A stretch of 64,000 nt of DNA. It comes from a virus. Where the stretch lies: positions 6,415 through 70,414 of IMG/VR virus record IMGVR_UViG_3300048583_000155; one strand, 5' to 3'. The stretch's first letter is position 1. The number at the start of each line of letters is the position of its first letter. Below are positions 20,677-30,746 of the stretch, one piece after another. The notes under the pieces are model-generated. The model had not been told where the DNA came from. It saw only the letters and a program-made list of their open reading frames with translations, and did no database searches. A program made the translations under genes and the position numbers.

Positions 20677-20719
20677 ATCTGCAAATTATAGCTTATTTAT
20701 AGAATTTCAAAGTTAAATG

Positions 20720-22963
20720 TTAATTCACTCTTCTCCATTTGGTGTTGGTGTATTTGGTTTTTAGCATTTCCCCTGCAAGCAAGGTATAAGTGAACGCTGT
20801 CCTATTCGCGGCATCGGAAGAACCGCTATCTGCTGTAAATGCGATAGATACCGTATTTCTATTTTCTATAATCAATTCCCTTCCTTCAAATCCTGAGATT
20901 ATCCCGGTTAAAGAAGTTGCTAAAGTCAAAATCAAATGGTCTGTGGTAGCTCCGACAGCAAGGTTATTGAGCGCTCCGGCAGTGGTAACAGTCTGTGTCT
21001 CTCCAATAGTTTTTTGCGCTCTGTGCCAAATATTGTCCGAACCTGTGGTAAGAGTTCTATACCAAAGTGTTCCTGTGGTATTGGCAAAATATTCTAATAT
21101 CCTTGAATTGTCAGATTTTATGACAAATGAAATACCTGTATTTTCAGGATAATTATTGGCTAATCCTGCTGAAATGGTAGTATAATGGATACCATTTTTA
21201 AATGCGTTTCCTGAATTTGCCGTTCCATCGACATTTAAAGTAACTCCACTTGGTTGCAAAGTAGCTGTTGATCCTGCAATTCTTAATATCCCACCCGCAA
21301 TATCAATTGTCTTGGCGTTAAATCCAACCCATTCAAATTGACCGCTTCTTGGAGCAAAGTAAACCGTTGTGTTTGCCCTACCAACTAACCAAAAAGATAC
21401 CGGGTCAGAAACATTTTGACCACCCGCATTGTCGGCATAAAAAGAGAATCCCTCGTTAAAAAGGATTTGCTGATTAGATGAGGATGAGGTTTTATTGATC
21501 CGTAAAGTGGCATTATGGTAGTTATCCTGAATAATGTTTACACTCAAAGGAATATTGGTATTTAAAACAAAATTATTGGGGTTATTCCTGATAATAAGAG
21601 TATTGTTATTTGCGGTAGCTACATTAATCCCTCTGTCTGCAACTTTTGTATTCAGTGCCGGATTTCTTCTATACATCACGTTACCCATTATGGTTCCTGT
21701 ATTGTATTGGGAAGAAACTTGAATCCCGATAGCGTTTAATCCTGCATTTGAGGTATTTGGGTCCTCAATAGCATTGTTTGTTACTGAGAAATTGTAATTG
21801 GTATTTTGAATGAGAATAGCGTTCAAAATAGCCTTATCAATAGTATTTCCTGAAATTACTGTATTGATCGTATTTCTAAACCTTATCGCTCCTTCATTGG
21901 CATTGTTTTCCATGCCATACCCAATCAGGGTATTGCCTATTACGGTGTTATTGTAAGCAAAGTCAACGGAAGTAGAAAGGTCAGCATCAACAACCCCTGC
22001 AATAGCTATACCGTAAGCCCCTCCTGTATAAACAATGGTTCCTCTTGTGGTCACAAGAGTATTGTTTATTACTTTACAGTTCCTAGATGCAAAATTACCG
22101 GAAGCGACTAAACCAATCCCCTGACGGCAGTTTACAGCCCTATTGTTAATGAAATTGATATTGTCTCCACCGTGAGTATCGTATGCTTTCCATTGGAGAA
22201 TATTTTCAACCAAACAATTTTCAACAGTACAATTTACCGACCTTGGATTTGCTTCTAAAGTATCTACAATGGTTTCCCTTGTAAATGAAATACCATAACC
22301 ACCCTCTACATAATCAATATCTTTGATATGGCATTCTTGGACATATTGATTGGTCACTGAAAGACCAAAGATTCCCCCGTACCCAACACCAAAAACTTTG
22401 GATCTTTTTATTGAAATATCACTTGCGAATTGGGTGTAAATACCATAAAATCCAATATCATGAATATAGCAATCTTCAATTTTTAGCCCTGACTTGTAGG
22501 TTCCTACATTTCCAACAAAACTGATTGCCCTTGCGCTTGAACCAGCATCCGCCCCAAATCCTTCCAATTCAACACCTTTAATGATATTATCGTCATTGGC
22601 ATTGATTAAGGTAATATGAGAAACAGTATTAAAAATTCTTGCCCCATAACCATTTATTTTTGTGCCTACAGGAAGGTTTAATGAAGCGGTAATCCGGTAA
22701 TTACCAAAAGGGAAAAAAAGCCATTTACCTGCGGCGGCGGCGGCATTTGCGGCGTTTTGGATAAAAACCGTGTCGTCTTGAATTCCATCCCCTAAAGCCT
22801 GATAGTTTTTTACATTGATATAATCATTTGAAGGAGCAGTTATTCCACTCATATAGGATGACAACAAAAGCTGTTTTATAGGCACGGGATTAACCTCAAC
22901 AATACCATTGTCTCCGCCTCCTATAATCAGACTTGGTGATTGCGATTCAGATGATAAAATCAC
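20720..22963 (-). CDS. Tailspike with right-handed beta-helix (pectate lyase-like depolymerase)
   Basis: INVKNYQALGDGIQDDTVFIQNA ... LFFPFGNYRIT helix cap, followed by Asn/Ile-rich parallel beta-helix repeats. Confidence 0.85.
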   Translation of the reverse strand: MILSSESQSPSLIIGGGDNGIVEVNPVPIKQLLLSSYMSGITAPSNDYINVKNYQALGDGIQDDTVFIQNAANAAAAAGKWLFFPFGNYRITASLNLPVGTKINGYGARIFNTVSHITLINANDDNIIKGVELEGFGADAGSSARAISFVGNVGTYKSGLKIEDCYIHDIGFYGIYTQFASDISIKRSKVFGVGYGGIFGLSVTNQYVQECHIKDIDYVEGGYGISFTRETIVDTLEANPRSVNCTVENCLVENILQWKAYDTHGGDNINFINNRAVNCRQGIGLVASGNFASRNCKVINNTLVTTRGTIVYTGGAYGIAIAGVVDADLSTSVDFAYNNTVIGNTLIGYGMENNANEGAIRFRNTINTVISGNTIDKAILNAILIQNTNYNFSVTNNAIEDPNTSNAGLNAIGIQVSSQYNTGTIMGNVMYRRNPALNTKVADRGINVATANNNTLIIRNNPNNFVLNTNIPLSVNIIQDNYHNATLRINKTSSSSNQQILFNEGFSFYADNAGGQNVSDPVSFWLVGRANTTVYFAPRSGQFEWVGFNAKTIDIAGGILRIAGSTATLQPSGVTLNVDGTANSGNAFKNGIHYTTISAGLANNYPENTGISFVIKSDNSRILEYFANTTGTLWYRTLTTGSDNIWHRAQKTIGETQTVTTAGALNNLAVGATTDHLILTLATSLTGIISGFEGRELIIENRNTVSIAFTADSGSSDAANRTAFTYTLLAGEMLKTKYTNTKWRRVN

Positions 22964-23277
22964 GATATTGTCAGGTTTAAAGCAATATTTACCGCATCTC
23001 CAAATACTTTACTCACAGTATCAATCAACCCGGTCACTTTATTTCCAACAGGATCAACTTCGCCTAGATTCCAAAATACTTTAAACCCGGTAATAGTAAG
23101 TCCCGACCCTACCGTAAATACAGTCGTAGGGTCTAAGGTCCAATTATTCAGAGTAATCCGAATATCGGCAGGAGGAGTTACATCAACGAAATCAAGAAAC
23201 AAATCCGAGTAGATTATACCTCTCGTAAGTCGTATTTCAGCAACTTCATTTAATCTAAGGTCAAGTACATTGCTCAT
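22960..23277 (-). CDS. Small beta-rich adaptor protein for receptor-binding proteins
   Basis: 105 aa, FTVGSGLTIT motif, coupled to tailspike gene. Confidence 0.5.
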   Translation of the reverse strand: MSNVLDLRLNEVAEIRLTRGIIYSDLFLDFVDVTPPADIRITLNNWTLDPTTVFTVGSGLTITGFKVFWNLGEVDPVGNKVTGLIDTVSKVFGDAVNIALNLTIS

Positions 23278-23315
23278 GGTATAAATTAACGGAATTATTG
23301 GTGTTTTACAAAATG

Positions 23316-24734
23316 TTAGACGATTGGTTCACTTTCAAATCTTGCAAAGAATCTATCTCCTGTTGCTATTACAGGAGGAATTGGTTCTTCGTCTTCTATA
23401 AATACCGCTACCAATGTGACTGCACTCGCTCCTGTGGTGTAAGTAAAACTCTGACTTGAACCGGGGACTATTGCGCCTCCTACTGTTCCAATTCTCCATG
23501 ACCCAAAGATATAACCAGTTGAAGGTGTTGCTACCAAAGAGACAGATGTTCCGTTTGGAAAATTCCCACCTGCTGTATTTACTGTTCCCCCTGTCGCTGC
23601 TGTAACTGTCAATGGGTATGTTGTCACTACGGGAGGGGTGTCTGTCCCAAAGTAATCCGGAGCATCTATTGGGCTATCTCCATTATTCAATAATCTGAAA
23701 ATATCAAAATATGTTTCTCCCTCATCGAATGTAGCTACTTCAATATGCGAATACATGGTCAATTGCCTTAATCCCGGAGCCAAATAATCAGGTCCCGCAG
23801 GATTGGAAGGATTTATTAATACAGCATCTTCAGCAGTGTCACCATCCTCAAAATTCGCTATTGAAACCGCAGCGCTATTTACAAAATCAGCATAAGTCCA
23901 TTTATACCACCCCCATTTTAAACTTAAATCAGCTAAAACAGAAAGAGGATCAGTGGTCAACGTCCATCCTCTAAAGTCTAATTTTGCTACTGTTGTTCCT
24001 TCTATTACCGTTGTGTTCGGTAATGTTCCCTGTGTGGCATTTACTGTTCTCAATCCCCTCGAATAAGTATAAGAACCCACACTGCCTGACCGTAAATAAG
24101 AAGTTGCTAATGAATTACCATAATACATCGCACAAAGTCCCGATAGACTTTTTGACCAAGTAATAAAAAAAGTAAGGTGATGCCATGTATTTCTTGTTGC
24201 TGCTGCAAAGTTGAATGGAACGCTTTCAGAACCTGACTTATATAGTCTTAAAGTCAAGAACCCTCCTGCACTTAGATATAAAGATATTGAAGGCGTACCA
24301 TAGCTATGACACTGCATCAATATTGCAGGGTTGACCTGATCTGTATCAAAGGTATCAGGCAAATAAAAACTGTATTTGATTGCAATCCTATTTTCACGAA
24401 CCCAAGGACTTCTTGTGTAATCCTCTACCCTTCCCAATCCACCAAGTGGATATTTGGCATATAGATTATATTCATTTGAGTAATCATAACCCGAAAGTTT
24501 GGTGACTGTATTTTCTTTATAAAATGTTGGAACTTGTGCAGGATAGAAATCCCTTGACCCAAACCATTCTCCTGACCTTGAAGGAGGTATAGACCATCCT
24601 TCACCTACTCCCACCCCTGAATCTACTCCTTGGACTACATTGTCCTGAAAAGTCCCCACAGGATTAAAGTCCTGAGAATTACTTCTTAGGATTGATCCTG
24701 TTCCTGTTCTTCCGTATCTAAGTCTTATCGGCAT
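23316..24734 (-). CDS. Polysaccharide lyase-like (jelly-roll) protein with C-terminal InlB B-repeat-like domain
   Basis: YSFYLP..., ILMQCH, RNTWHHLTFFITWS, LKWGWYK lyase pattern; YPLTVTAATGGTV...VSLVATPSTGYIFGSW repeat; start reassigned to MPIRLRYG. Confidence 0.7.
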   Translation of the reverse strand: MPIRLRYGRTGTGSILRSNSQDFNPVGTFQDNVVQGVDSGVGVGEGWSIPPSRSGEWFGSRDFYPAQVPTFYKENTVTKLSGYDYSNEYNLYAKYPLGGLGRVEDYTRSPWVRENRIAIKYSFYLPDTFDTDQVNPAILMQCHSYGTPSISLYLSAGGFLTLRLYKSGSESVPFNFAAATRNTWHHLTFFITWSKSLSGLCAMYYGNSLATSYLRSGSVGSYTYSRGLRTVNATQGTLPNTTVIEGTTVAKLDFRGWTLTTDPLSVLADLSLKWGWYKWTYADFVNSAAVSIANFEDGDTAEDAVLINPSNPAGPDYLAPGLRQLTMYSHIEVATFDEGETYFDIFRLLNNGDSPIDAPDYFGTDTPPVVTTYPLTVTAATGGTVNTAGGNFPNGTSVSLVATPSTGYIFGSWRIGTVGGAIVPGSSQSFTYTTGASAVTLVAVFIEDEEPIPPVIATGDRFFARFESEPIV

Positions 24735-24735
24735 A

Positions 24736-26211
24736 TTACACGTATCTAGCCGCCACTTGTGCAGGTGACATTGCAAAATCCAAAACCTGTAAATTGATTA
24801 ATTCCCATCCGGGATTTGAACCAAGTGTAGCGGAATCTCTTGTCTTTCCTATACTGAAATCAAGCCCTGAACCTCTATTGAGTAACCTACCTGCAAATTT
24901 TGTTTTTGAAGAACTTGTCACATCAACACCCTCTTTATAAATAATAGTCTCATCACTTGAATCGAATGTTACTATAAATTCCGCAATAGTTCCGTCCAAT
25001 CTCCCCCCTGAACTCCCCCGTATTTCATTATTGACAGCTAAACCATCTGCTATTTGGGTTGCGCTATTACTTTCAATCAGTGCAAATCGGAAATCTCCTG
25101 AGCTTGAAAAATAAACTCCCCATCCTCCCTGTACTCCTGACCCTGTTAAATTTATGTTGGATATAGCCGTTACTGCCCAAGCAGTAGAATTATACCTTGC
25201 TTTTAAAATGATGGTCAATTTATCCCTCAAAACAGGCATAGAACCAATTCTTAAAATACCATAAGACCTACCACCAGTTGTCGCTCCGATGCCTAACCTA
25301 TATCCTGGTGAAAGTTTTACGGTATCAGCAGTTACCTGAAGTATTTCGGCACTATTGAGAAGTGGGTTATCTATCTCAAATTTTGAGGCCAAATATCCTG
25401 TGTTTGTTAATTGCTGTACGGGCATTTGAAGTGCTTCCACTTCATCACAAGCAAGCCCAATGACAGTGCTTAGGTTTGTTGGAATCGTCAAATCAGCATT
25501 ACCTCCTGTTCGTTGGGTAATGACAAGCTCTACAAAGTCAAAATCAGTAGTATTTGATGGCTTTGATTTGTAGTAAGTAAAATCCAGATAATTGATATTA
25601 GCAGAACCGACAAGATAAGTTCCTGTAATTTTTAGCCATGTAGGAACAAAGTCATTATGTGGCATAGTACCCCATTCCTTCCATCCCGACACCTCTAACC
25701 TTTCGGTGTAATTTCCTATAACACCGCCTGACATTCCATTCCATTTCCAAGCACTTGTACTTCCTGTATAAAAATAATACTTATCAATTACTTGACCTGC
25801 TTGTCCTGCTAACATTGCAGCTTGATCTGTATAAGGTAAAGCTATTGGACTGACAGGTTTAGCAGGTATAAGAATACTTGGTATAATTGGGCTTGAATGG
25901 ATAGCTAACACGTTGTTTTTATGGTTAGCTTCATCTTTTGTAACAGTCAAAAGATTATAAATAGGATCGGTTTCCTCTCCATGAATATTTGACAAAATGA
26001 AATCGATATTAGGATTTGTTTTATAATCGTAAACAGTTTTAATGTCTGCCTTTCCTAATTCATTAAGTAAGACTTGGCTTGTGTTGATGCCTGGAACCTG
26101 ATCTGTTTTCAAAACCTTATTCCCCGGTGTTTCAGCGCCTAAATAAATGTCATCAAAATCCCATGACATATTTTTTAAAGCATCCGATATTCTTTTAAAT
26201 AATATTCCCAT
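24736..26211 (-). CDS. Virion protein with C-terminal LamG/concanavalin-like lectin domain
   Basis: GWGVYF, EFIVTFDS, IIYKEG, FSIG, NLQVLDFAMSPAQVAARY resemble the LamG-like consensus. Confidence 0.65.
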   Translation of the reverse strand: MGILFKRISDALKNMSWDFDDIYLGAETPGNKVLKTDQVPGINTSQVLLNELGKADIKTVYDYKTNPNIDFILSNIHGEETDPIYNLLTVTKDEANHKNNVLAIHSSPIIPSILIPAKPVSPIALPYTDQAAMLAGQAGQVIDKYYFYTGSTSAWKWNGMSGGVIGNYTERLEVSGWKEWGTMPHNDFVPTWLKITGTYLVGSANINYLDFTYYKSKPSNTTDFDFVELVITQRTGGNADLTIPTNLSTVIGLACDEVEALQMPVQQLTNTGYLASKFEIDNPLLNSAEILQVTADTVKLSPGYRLGIGATTGGRSYGILRIGSMPVLRDKLTIILKARYNSTAWAVTAISNINLTGSGVQGGWGVYFSSSGDFRFALIESNSATQIADGLAVNNEIRGSSGGRLDGTIAEFIVTFDSSDETIIYKEGVDVTSSSKTKFAGRLLNRGSGLDFSIGKTRDSATLGSNPGWELINLQVLDFAMSPAQVAARYV

Positions 26212-26214
26212 GAT

Positions 26215-28515
26215 TTATACGGTTGACCAAGTTGAAGTGTCTATCGGGGTTCTCTCCCAAAGATTTGTTGCGTAGCAATAGTAAATAAAGTCAGCATCCC
26301 TAGCGAATTGCCCTACCGTTCCTGTTGCGGTTTTGTTTGCCGGTACAGTTGTCCAAGTAACCCCTGTAGGTAAAGCTATGTTTCCTGAGCCAAGAACAGA
26401 AGTTCCACCTACCGTCTTAATATTCGTTCCGCTTATAAGAACTACCTGATACAAAGTATCGAAGTAAGTCTTTAGAGTGGCTTTTATATTTAACCAAGAC
26501 AGTTTTTTGAGCAAATTAGAATCTGCCGAATCAATCAAAGCAACTGTGTCAGCATCTACCGGAGTTGTTTTTGAAGTTGCTCCATGTATTGACGCTCCTA
26601 CATTTACCCCATCGGTTACATCTGCTCCCGCTTCAATTCCTGCTAGTTTTGTTTTTTCAGTATCAGAATACTGTTTGTAAGTAGCACCATCAGGAACTTC
26701 GTCTTGGTTTAGAGTTACAACCGAACCTGTTTTACCATTTAATGTTTTAATACCAAACGATGCTCTTTTTATCCAAACAGTTCCGTTAAAAACAACTTCA
26801 TCTCCCTCTACCCAAGAAGAAATCCCATCAAGTGTTGTGGAACCCGCAACACTCACTTGATAATAATGACCCGTAGTTCCTACCGAAGATACTAAAGTAG
26901 GCGTATTTGTTGATGCGTTCCACGTTCCTCGGTAAGACTCTCCCGCGATAACATCTTCTAACGCAATAGCTATCAAAGAATTAACCTGTCCAAGCGTGGC
27001 GGATTCAGCAGGATTTACAGCGTCAGCATGTTCTACTTTACCAAACACTTTTAAAAGAACAGTGGTCAAAGGAACTGCACTTCTACCTATTTCAGTGTAT
27101 CCATCAGTCCCGATTACACCAAATACCCTTGTTCTTACCGAAGCATTGTTTTCGAGTTCTAAAATGTAATAAGAAGTAAGCGAATCACCCCTAGCGCGAA
27201 CCCTTAACGACCCTCTACGCTGTAAAAACAATCCTCCTCCGTTAGTGTTACTTATACTGACCACATTACTGGAAGCAGAGCCATCTTCAAGAGTGTTTAT
27301 AATCAAAGCGATTGCTTGATTGATAGTCATTTGCCCGTTTACGGTCAATGCTCCGTTTTGGGCAAGCGTTCCTGTATGGGTATCGGCAACATCCCTAGCT
27401 AATGCCTGAATGTTGGTTCTTGCGTTTTGTCTTTGGGTTGCGTTAAGCCCCTGTGCCGCCGTATCGTATCTGACATACAGAGTTTCAGAAATACTTCCTA
27501 TAATTATTGTTCCTGTAGCCGGGTTAAAAGTTACTGAGTTTGACCCTGTACCTTGGAATCTTAAAACATTATTCGTCTCTGAGGTGAATTGGACTACTCC
27601 ATCCGAATTTGCCACAGCAAGAAACCCATCATAATCAGATAATGGCGACGCGGTTAATGGTTGGTCTGAATATTCATAATCATCCGAATTACAGCATAAA
27701 CTTGTCTCGTAAGCGACTTGTTGCATTTCCAACACCAAATCATTGATCGGTTCTCCCGACCTGATATTGGAAAGAATATTCACATACAGAGACGAAATCT
27801 GCCAATAAAGTCTTTCGTATCTTGCTTTTGAAGCCGAAGCGTCTAATCTTTCTTTGACCAAATTAATCAAAGCACCAATTTCAGTCCAACTTGGAAATCT
27901 TCGAATATCAAAAGTTGTGGTAGTTTGGTTTTTGTAAACAAGCGTATAATCAGGGGTAGTATATTCAGTTTCAACCTGAATAAGTACCTCATAAATTCCT
28001 TCGTAATAATCTCCCGCGTCCACCATTTCTAAAGGAGCGCCGGTTGATGTCTCTGATCCCGCTACTCCGGTTGACGCAGGCCAATCGCTTTCTAGTGTGT
28101 AAGTGTGGGATACAAACGTATGGTTATCAACCAAAGTCACACTCGCGTCATCAAATTGGATTATCGGAGTGAGTGTGTTGGATTGGTTTTCTATCGCAGG
28201 GGTAAATTCTGCGAAATCAAAAGTAAATACTGATTGTTCTTGGACGTATCCGGTATTTCTGTTGGATTGCTGAATAATGGTATAAGTACCGAACATCAGC
28301 CGTCCATTACTTGTTCGTAAGGTTATTTCCGTTTCACTATCAACAATGGTAAAATCAGGATTAAGCGCATCTGTATTCTCACGGAATATTCCGTCGGGAT
28401 AAATCACTTTATAAAAACCCACAACAGAAGATACCCCCGTATAATCGGAGGTATCTGTCAGTATGAGTTTGAGCGTTCCCGCTATCCTGTCTATGGAAAA
28501 CCTTACGTCAAACAC
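26215..28515 (-). CDS. Tail fibre / fibre-hub protein
   Basis: Mosaic of common fibre modules (QRQNARTNI, YRGTWNASTNTP, EKTKLAGIEAGA, SGTNIKTVGGTSVLGSGNI, TATGTVGQFARD). Confidence 0.75.
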   Translation of the reverse strand: MFDVRFSIDRIAGTLKLILTDTSDYTGVSSVVGFYKVIYPDGIFRENTDALNPDFTIVDSETEITLRTSNGRLMFGTYTIIQQSNRNTGYVQEQSVFTFDFAEFTPAIENQSNTLTPIIQFDDASVTLVDNHTFVSHTYTLESDWPASTGVAGSETSTGAPLEMVDAGDYYEGIYEVLIQVETEYTTPDYTLVYKNQTTTTFDIRRFPSWTEIGALINLVKERLDASASKARYERLYWQISSLYVNILSNIRSGEPINDLVLEMQQVAYETSLCCNSDDYEYSDQPLTASPLSDYDGFLAVANSDGVVQFTSETNNVLRFQGTGSNSVTFNPATGTIIIGSISETLYVRYDTAAQGLNATQRQNARTNIQALARDVADTHTGTLAQNGALTVNGQMTINQAIALIINTLEDGSASSNVVSISNTNGGGLFLQRRGSLRVRARGDSLTSYYILELENNASVRTRVFGVIGTDGYTEIGRSAVPLTTVLLKVFGKVEHADAVNPAESATLGQVNSLIAIALEDVIAGESYRGTWNASTNTPTLVSSVGTTGHYYQVSVAGSTTLDGISSWVEGDEVVFNGTVWIKRASFGIKTLNGKTGSVVTLNQDEVPDGATYKQYSDTEKTKLAGIEAGADVTDGVNVGASIHGATSKTTPVDADTVALIDSADSNLLKKLSWLNIKATLKTYFDTLYQVVLISGTNIKTVGGTSVLGSGNIALPTGVTWTTVPANKTATGTVGQFARDADFIYYCYATNLWERTPIDTSTWSTV

Positions 28516-29378
28516 TATTTTTTCGGTTTAAGTCGTTCTTTTAATTCATTGTAAAACGCAACACCTTCTTCACTTTTCACAAACTCAACGAATTTCTCGT
28601 ATGGTTTTGCGTTTGCCTGTGGAGGCCAAGTAAATACCGTGTTTCCGTTTGAGATAATCTTTCTAGCCTGCATGTCAATGGTAACGAAACCCTTCTTGAC
28701 TGCCTGATCCGCGATCTCCATGATGTTAAGGTCGGTATTTTCAACCATTGCAAGGAAATCTTTTGGATTGTCTTCTGCAAACTGTTCGATCTGCATTCTC
28801 AACTCATCCTCATCCGGGCTTGCTGTTCCAAACAATCCGATGGAAATCTTTCTCAACATGGAAAGGCTTAATTCCTGAGACTGTTTAACTGCGTCAACCC
28901 GAAGGTTTCTTGACGCTCTTTCAGCAAGTCTTTCCTTCTTAAAGTCTTTTCTTTTGAATATGACCGGCTGATCCGTGTCTCTGTACTCATTAGACTCATT
29001 CCAATTACACATCTCCATGTAGAGATACTGCCTGTCATGATCCTTTCTTCCGCCTACCAATGTGATTGAACCGGCATCTTTACTGTGGAATATCACCTCT
29101 CCGAATATCGGAACCCCGCCAACCCCGTTTCCTGTAATAAAAGCAATATCAACCCATTCAGCGTCTTCTCCTTTACCCCAAGAAACCCTGTCCTGTGGAG
29201 GAATACCTAGCTGAAACGGAATCTGCAATCTCTTTTTCCTTGGGTCTTTTTCAGGGTCCGTAGGATCAGGCTGAAGATTGAATAATTCATAAGTCACCTT
29301 TTCTCCTTTTTTTAGTTTTGGCAAGGGAAACTTCTTTTGGCAAGCGTCGCTTACCTCATAGAATTTGATTTTGTTCAT
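28515..29378 (-). CDS. Conserved capsid-associated/auxiliary protein
   Basis: Immediately downstream of MCP; FAEDNPKDFL motif. Confidence 0.55.
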   Translation of the reverse strand: MNKIKFYEVSDACQKKFPLPKLKKGEKVTYELFNLQPDPTDPEKDPRKKRLQIPFQLGIPPQDRVSWGKGEDAEWVDIAFITGNGVGGVPIFGEVIFHSKDAGSITLVGGRKDHDRQYLYMEMCNWNESNEYRDTDQPVIFKRKDFKKERLAERASRNLRVDAVKQSQELSLSMLRKISIGLFGTASPDEDELRMQIEQFAEDNPKDFLAMVENTDLNIMEIADQAVKKGFVTIDMQARKIISNGNTVFTWPPQANAKPYEKFVEFVKSEEGVAFYNELKERLKPKK

Positions 29379-29390
29379 AAGTATAAATTT

Positions 29391-29414
29391 AAAAAGAGGG
29401 GGTCAGGCCCCCTC
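29391..29414 (-). terminator. Rho-independent terminator after major capsid gene
   Basis: On minus: GAGGGGG-CCTGA-CCCCCTC-TTTTT. Confidence 0.85.
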
Positions 29415-29417
29415 CGG

Positions 29418-30743
29418 TTAGAATGTGTTGATTCCGAAATGCTCAAGACCAACGAACTCAGTTCCTTGCCATGTAGTGAACGTGGTGTTCAACTCCATTA
29501 CATCAGAAGTAGGCGTTGGGGCCAAGCCACCTGTCAATACTTCATGGTATTGATCGGTTCTGTTTACAGTCAATCCTTTTGCGGCAGGAGCCTCAAAGTA
29601 CCTGATTCTGAACCTGTCTTTCTTCTCAGCGTCATACTGGGTTTTAACCTTGTCTCCGGGGATAAAGAATACAGTAGAAGGATAGGTAAATGAAGTAGCG
29701 GCAGTGATCTGTGGATTGTCAAGGGCAGCCATTTTCTTCTTGTGGAAGGTTCTGTCGTAGATTCTGAATGAATCAAAACCCAATTGGATTGCTCTTTTCT
29801 TTCCATCCATTCCGTTGAATGAATTATAAACCACACCACCTGCTTTTACACCTTCAAGCTCAGTCAACCAATCATCGAAGAAGTTGCCCATATCAGGACC
29901 GCAAAGCGCCCAATATTCCATAGGTCCCCTAGCTTGGTCAAAAGCTCTGTTGAAAGCTCTAAAATCAGTTCTAAAGTTAGCAGTAGTATCTGTTCTCAAT
30001 CCCAAAGAAGTACCTGACCCTCTAGTGGCTTTTTCAAGACCTTGAGTAGTGTAAACTGTTGCTCCGTTCGCATCGGTGAAAGAACCTTTCTCGCCCAAAA
30101 GGATCGCATAAGCAATATCCATTTTAAATCTTCCAAATACATCATTTACTCCTTTGATGTAGTAGTAAGGCTTACCTTCAAACATAACTTCCACTTTCTC
30201 GAAAGCCGCGATATCAGTTACAGAATACTTCTGCTTGATGATCTGCACGTTGTTTTCATACTGAATAGTCGGATACTTGTAGCCGATATTTGCTCCTGTT
30301 CCTTCTGCGTAAGCATTGGAGAAGAAGGTCACTTTATCAGTAGATACCAAAGCAGCGTGGGCGATACTACCTGCCGCAAGCGGTTTTACAGTAATGTTGT
30401 TTCCTGATACTGCGGTTACAACTGACCTATGTCTTCCTGCTGTCAACATCATCATTCCAACAATAGGCTTAACTGAACCTGCTGTCAATGGAATAACTGA
30501 TTGAGCGCCGGCTGCCGGTTGTGCTGCTCCTGCGGCATCAACAATAGCTGCTGAGTGCAATCTTGTGTTGGCATGGTAAACATACTCTTTTACGGCTGTT
30601 GGCACGTACCTGTCGCAAAGGTCCATGATGTCAACGATGGTTTCTTCCTCGTTGAACAAATCGACGACCTTGTTCATAATCTCGCGCTGCTTCATAAAGT
30701 TGATAGCAGACACGTATGTTGAATTCATTTGTCCGGGTGTCAT
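29418..30743 (-). CDS. Major capsid protein
   Basis: Follows portal and scaffold, strong terminator behind it; YENNVQIIKQKYSVT, TTQGL, LGFDSF motifs of HK97-fold MCPs of Bacteroidota podoviruses. Confidence 0.85.
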   Translation of the reverse strand: MTPGQMNSTYVSAINFMKQREIMNKVVDLFNEEETIVDIMDLCDRYVPTAVKEYVYHANTRLHSAAIVDAAGAAQPAAGAQSVIPLTAGSVKPIVGMMMLTAGRHRSVVTAVSGNNITVKPLAAGSIAHAALVSTDKVTFFSNAYAEGTGANIGYKYPTIQYENNVQIIKQKYSVTDIAAFEKVEVMFEGKPYYYIKGVNDVFGRFKMDIAYAILLGEKGSFTDANGATVYTTQGLEKATRGSGTSLGLRTDTTANFRTDFRAFNRAFDQARGPMEYWALCGPDMGNFFDDWLTELEGVKAGGVVYNSFNGMDGKKRAIQLGFDSFRIYDRTFHKKKMAALDNPQITAATSFTYPSTVFFIPGDKVKTQYDAEKKDRFRIRYFEAPAAKGLTVNRTDQYHEVLTGGLAPTPTSDVMELNTTFTTWQGTEFVGLEHFGINTF

Positions 30744-30746
30744 TTT

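Noticed and set aside
20720-28515. Diversity-generating retroelement targeting fibre genes
   Set aside because: No reverse transcriptase and no template/variable repeat pair noticed
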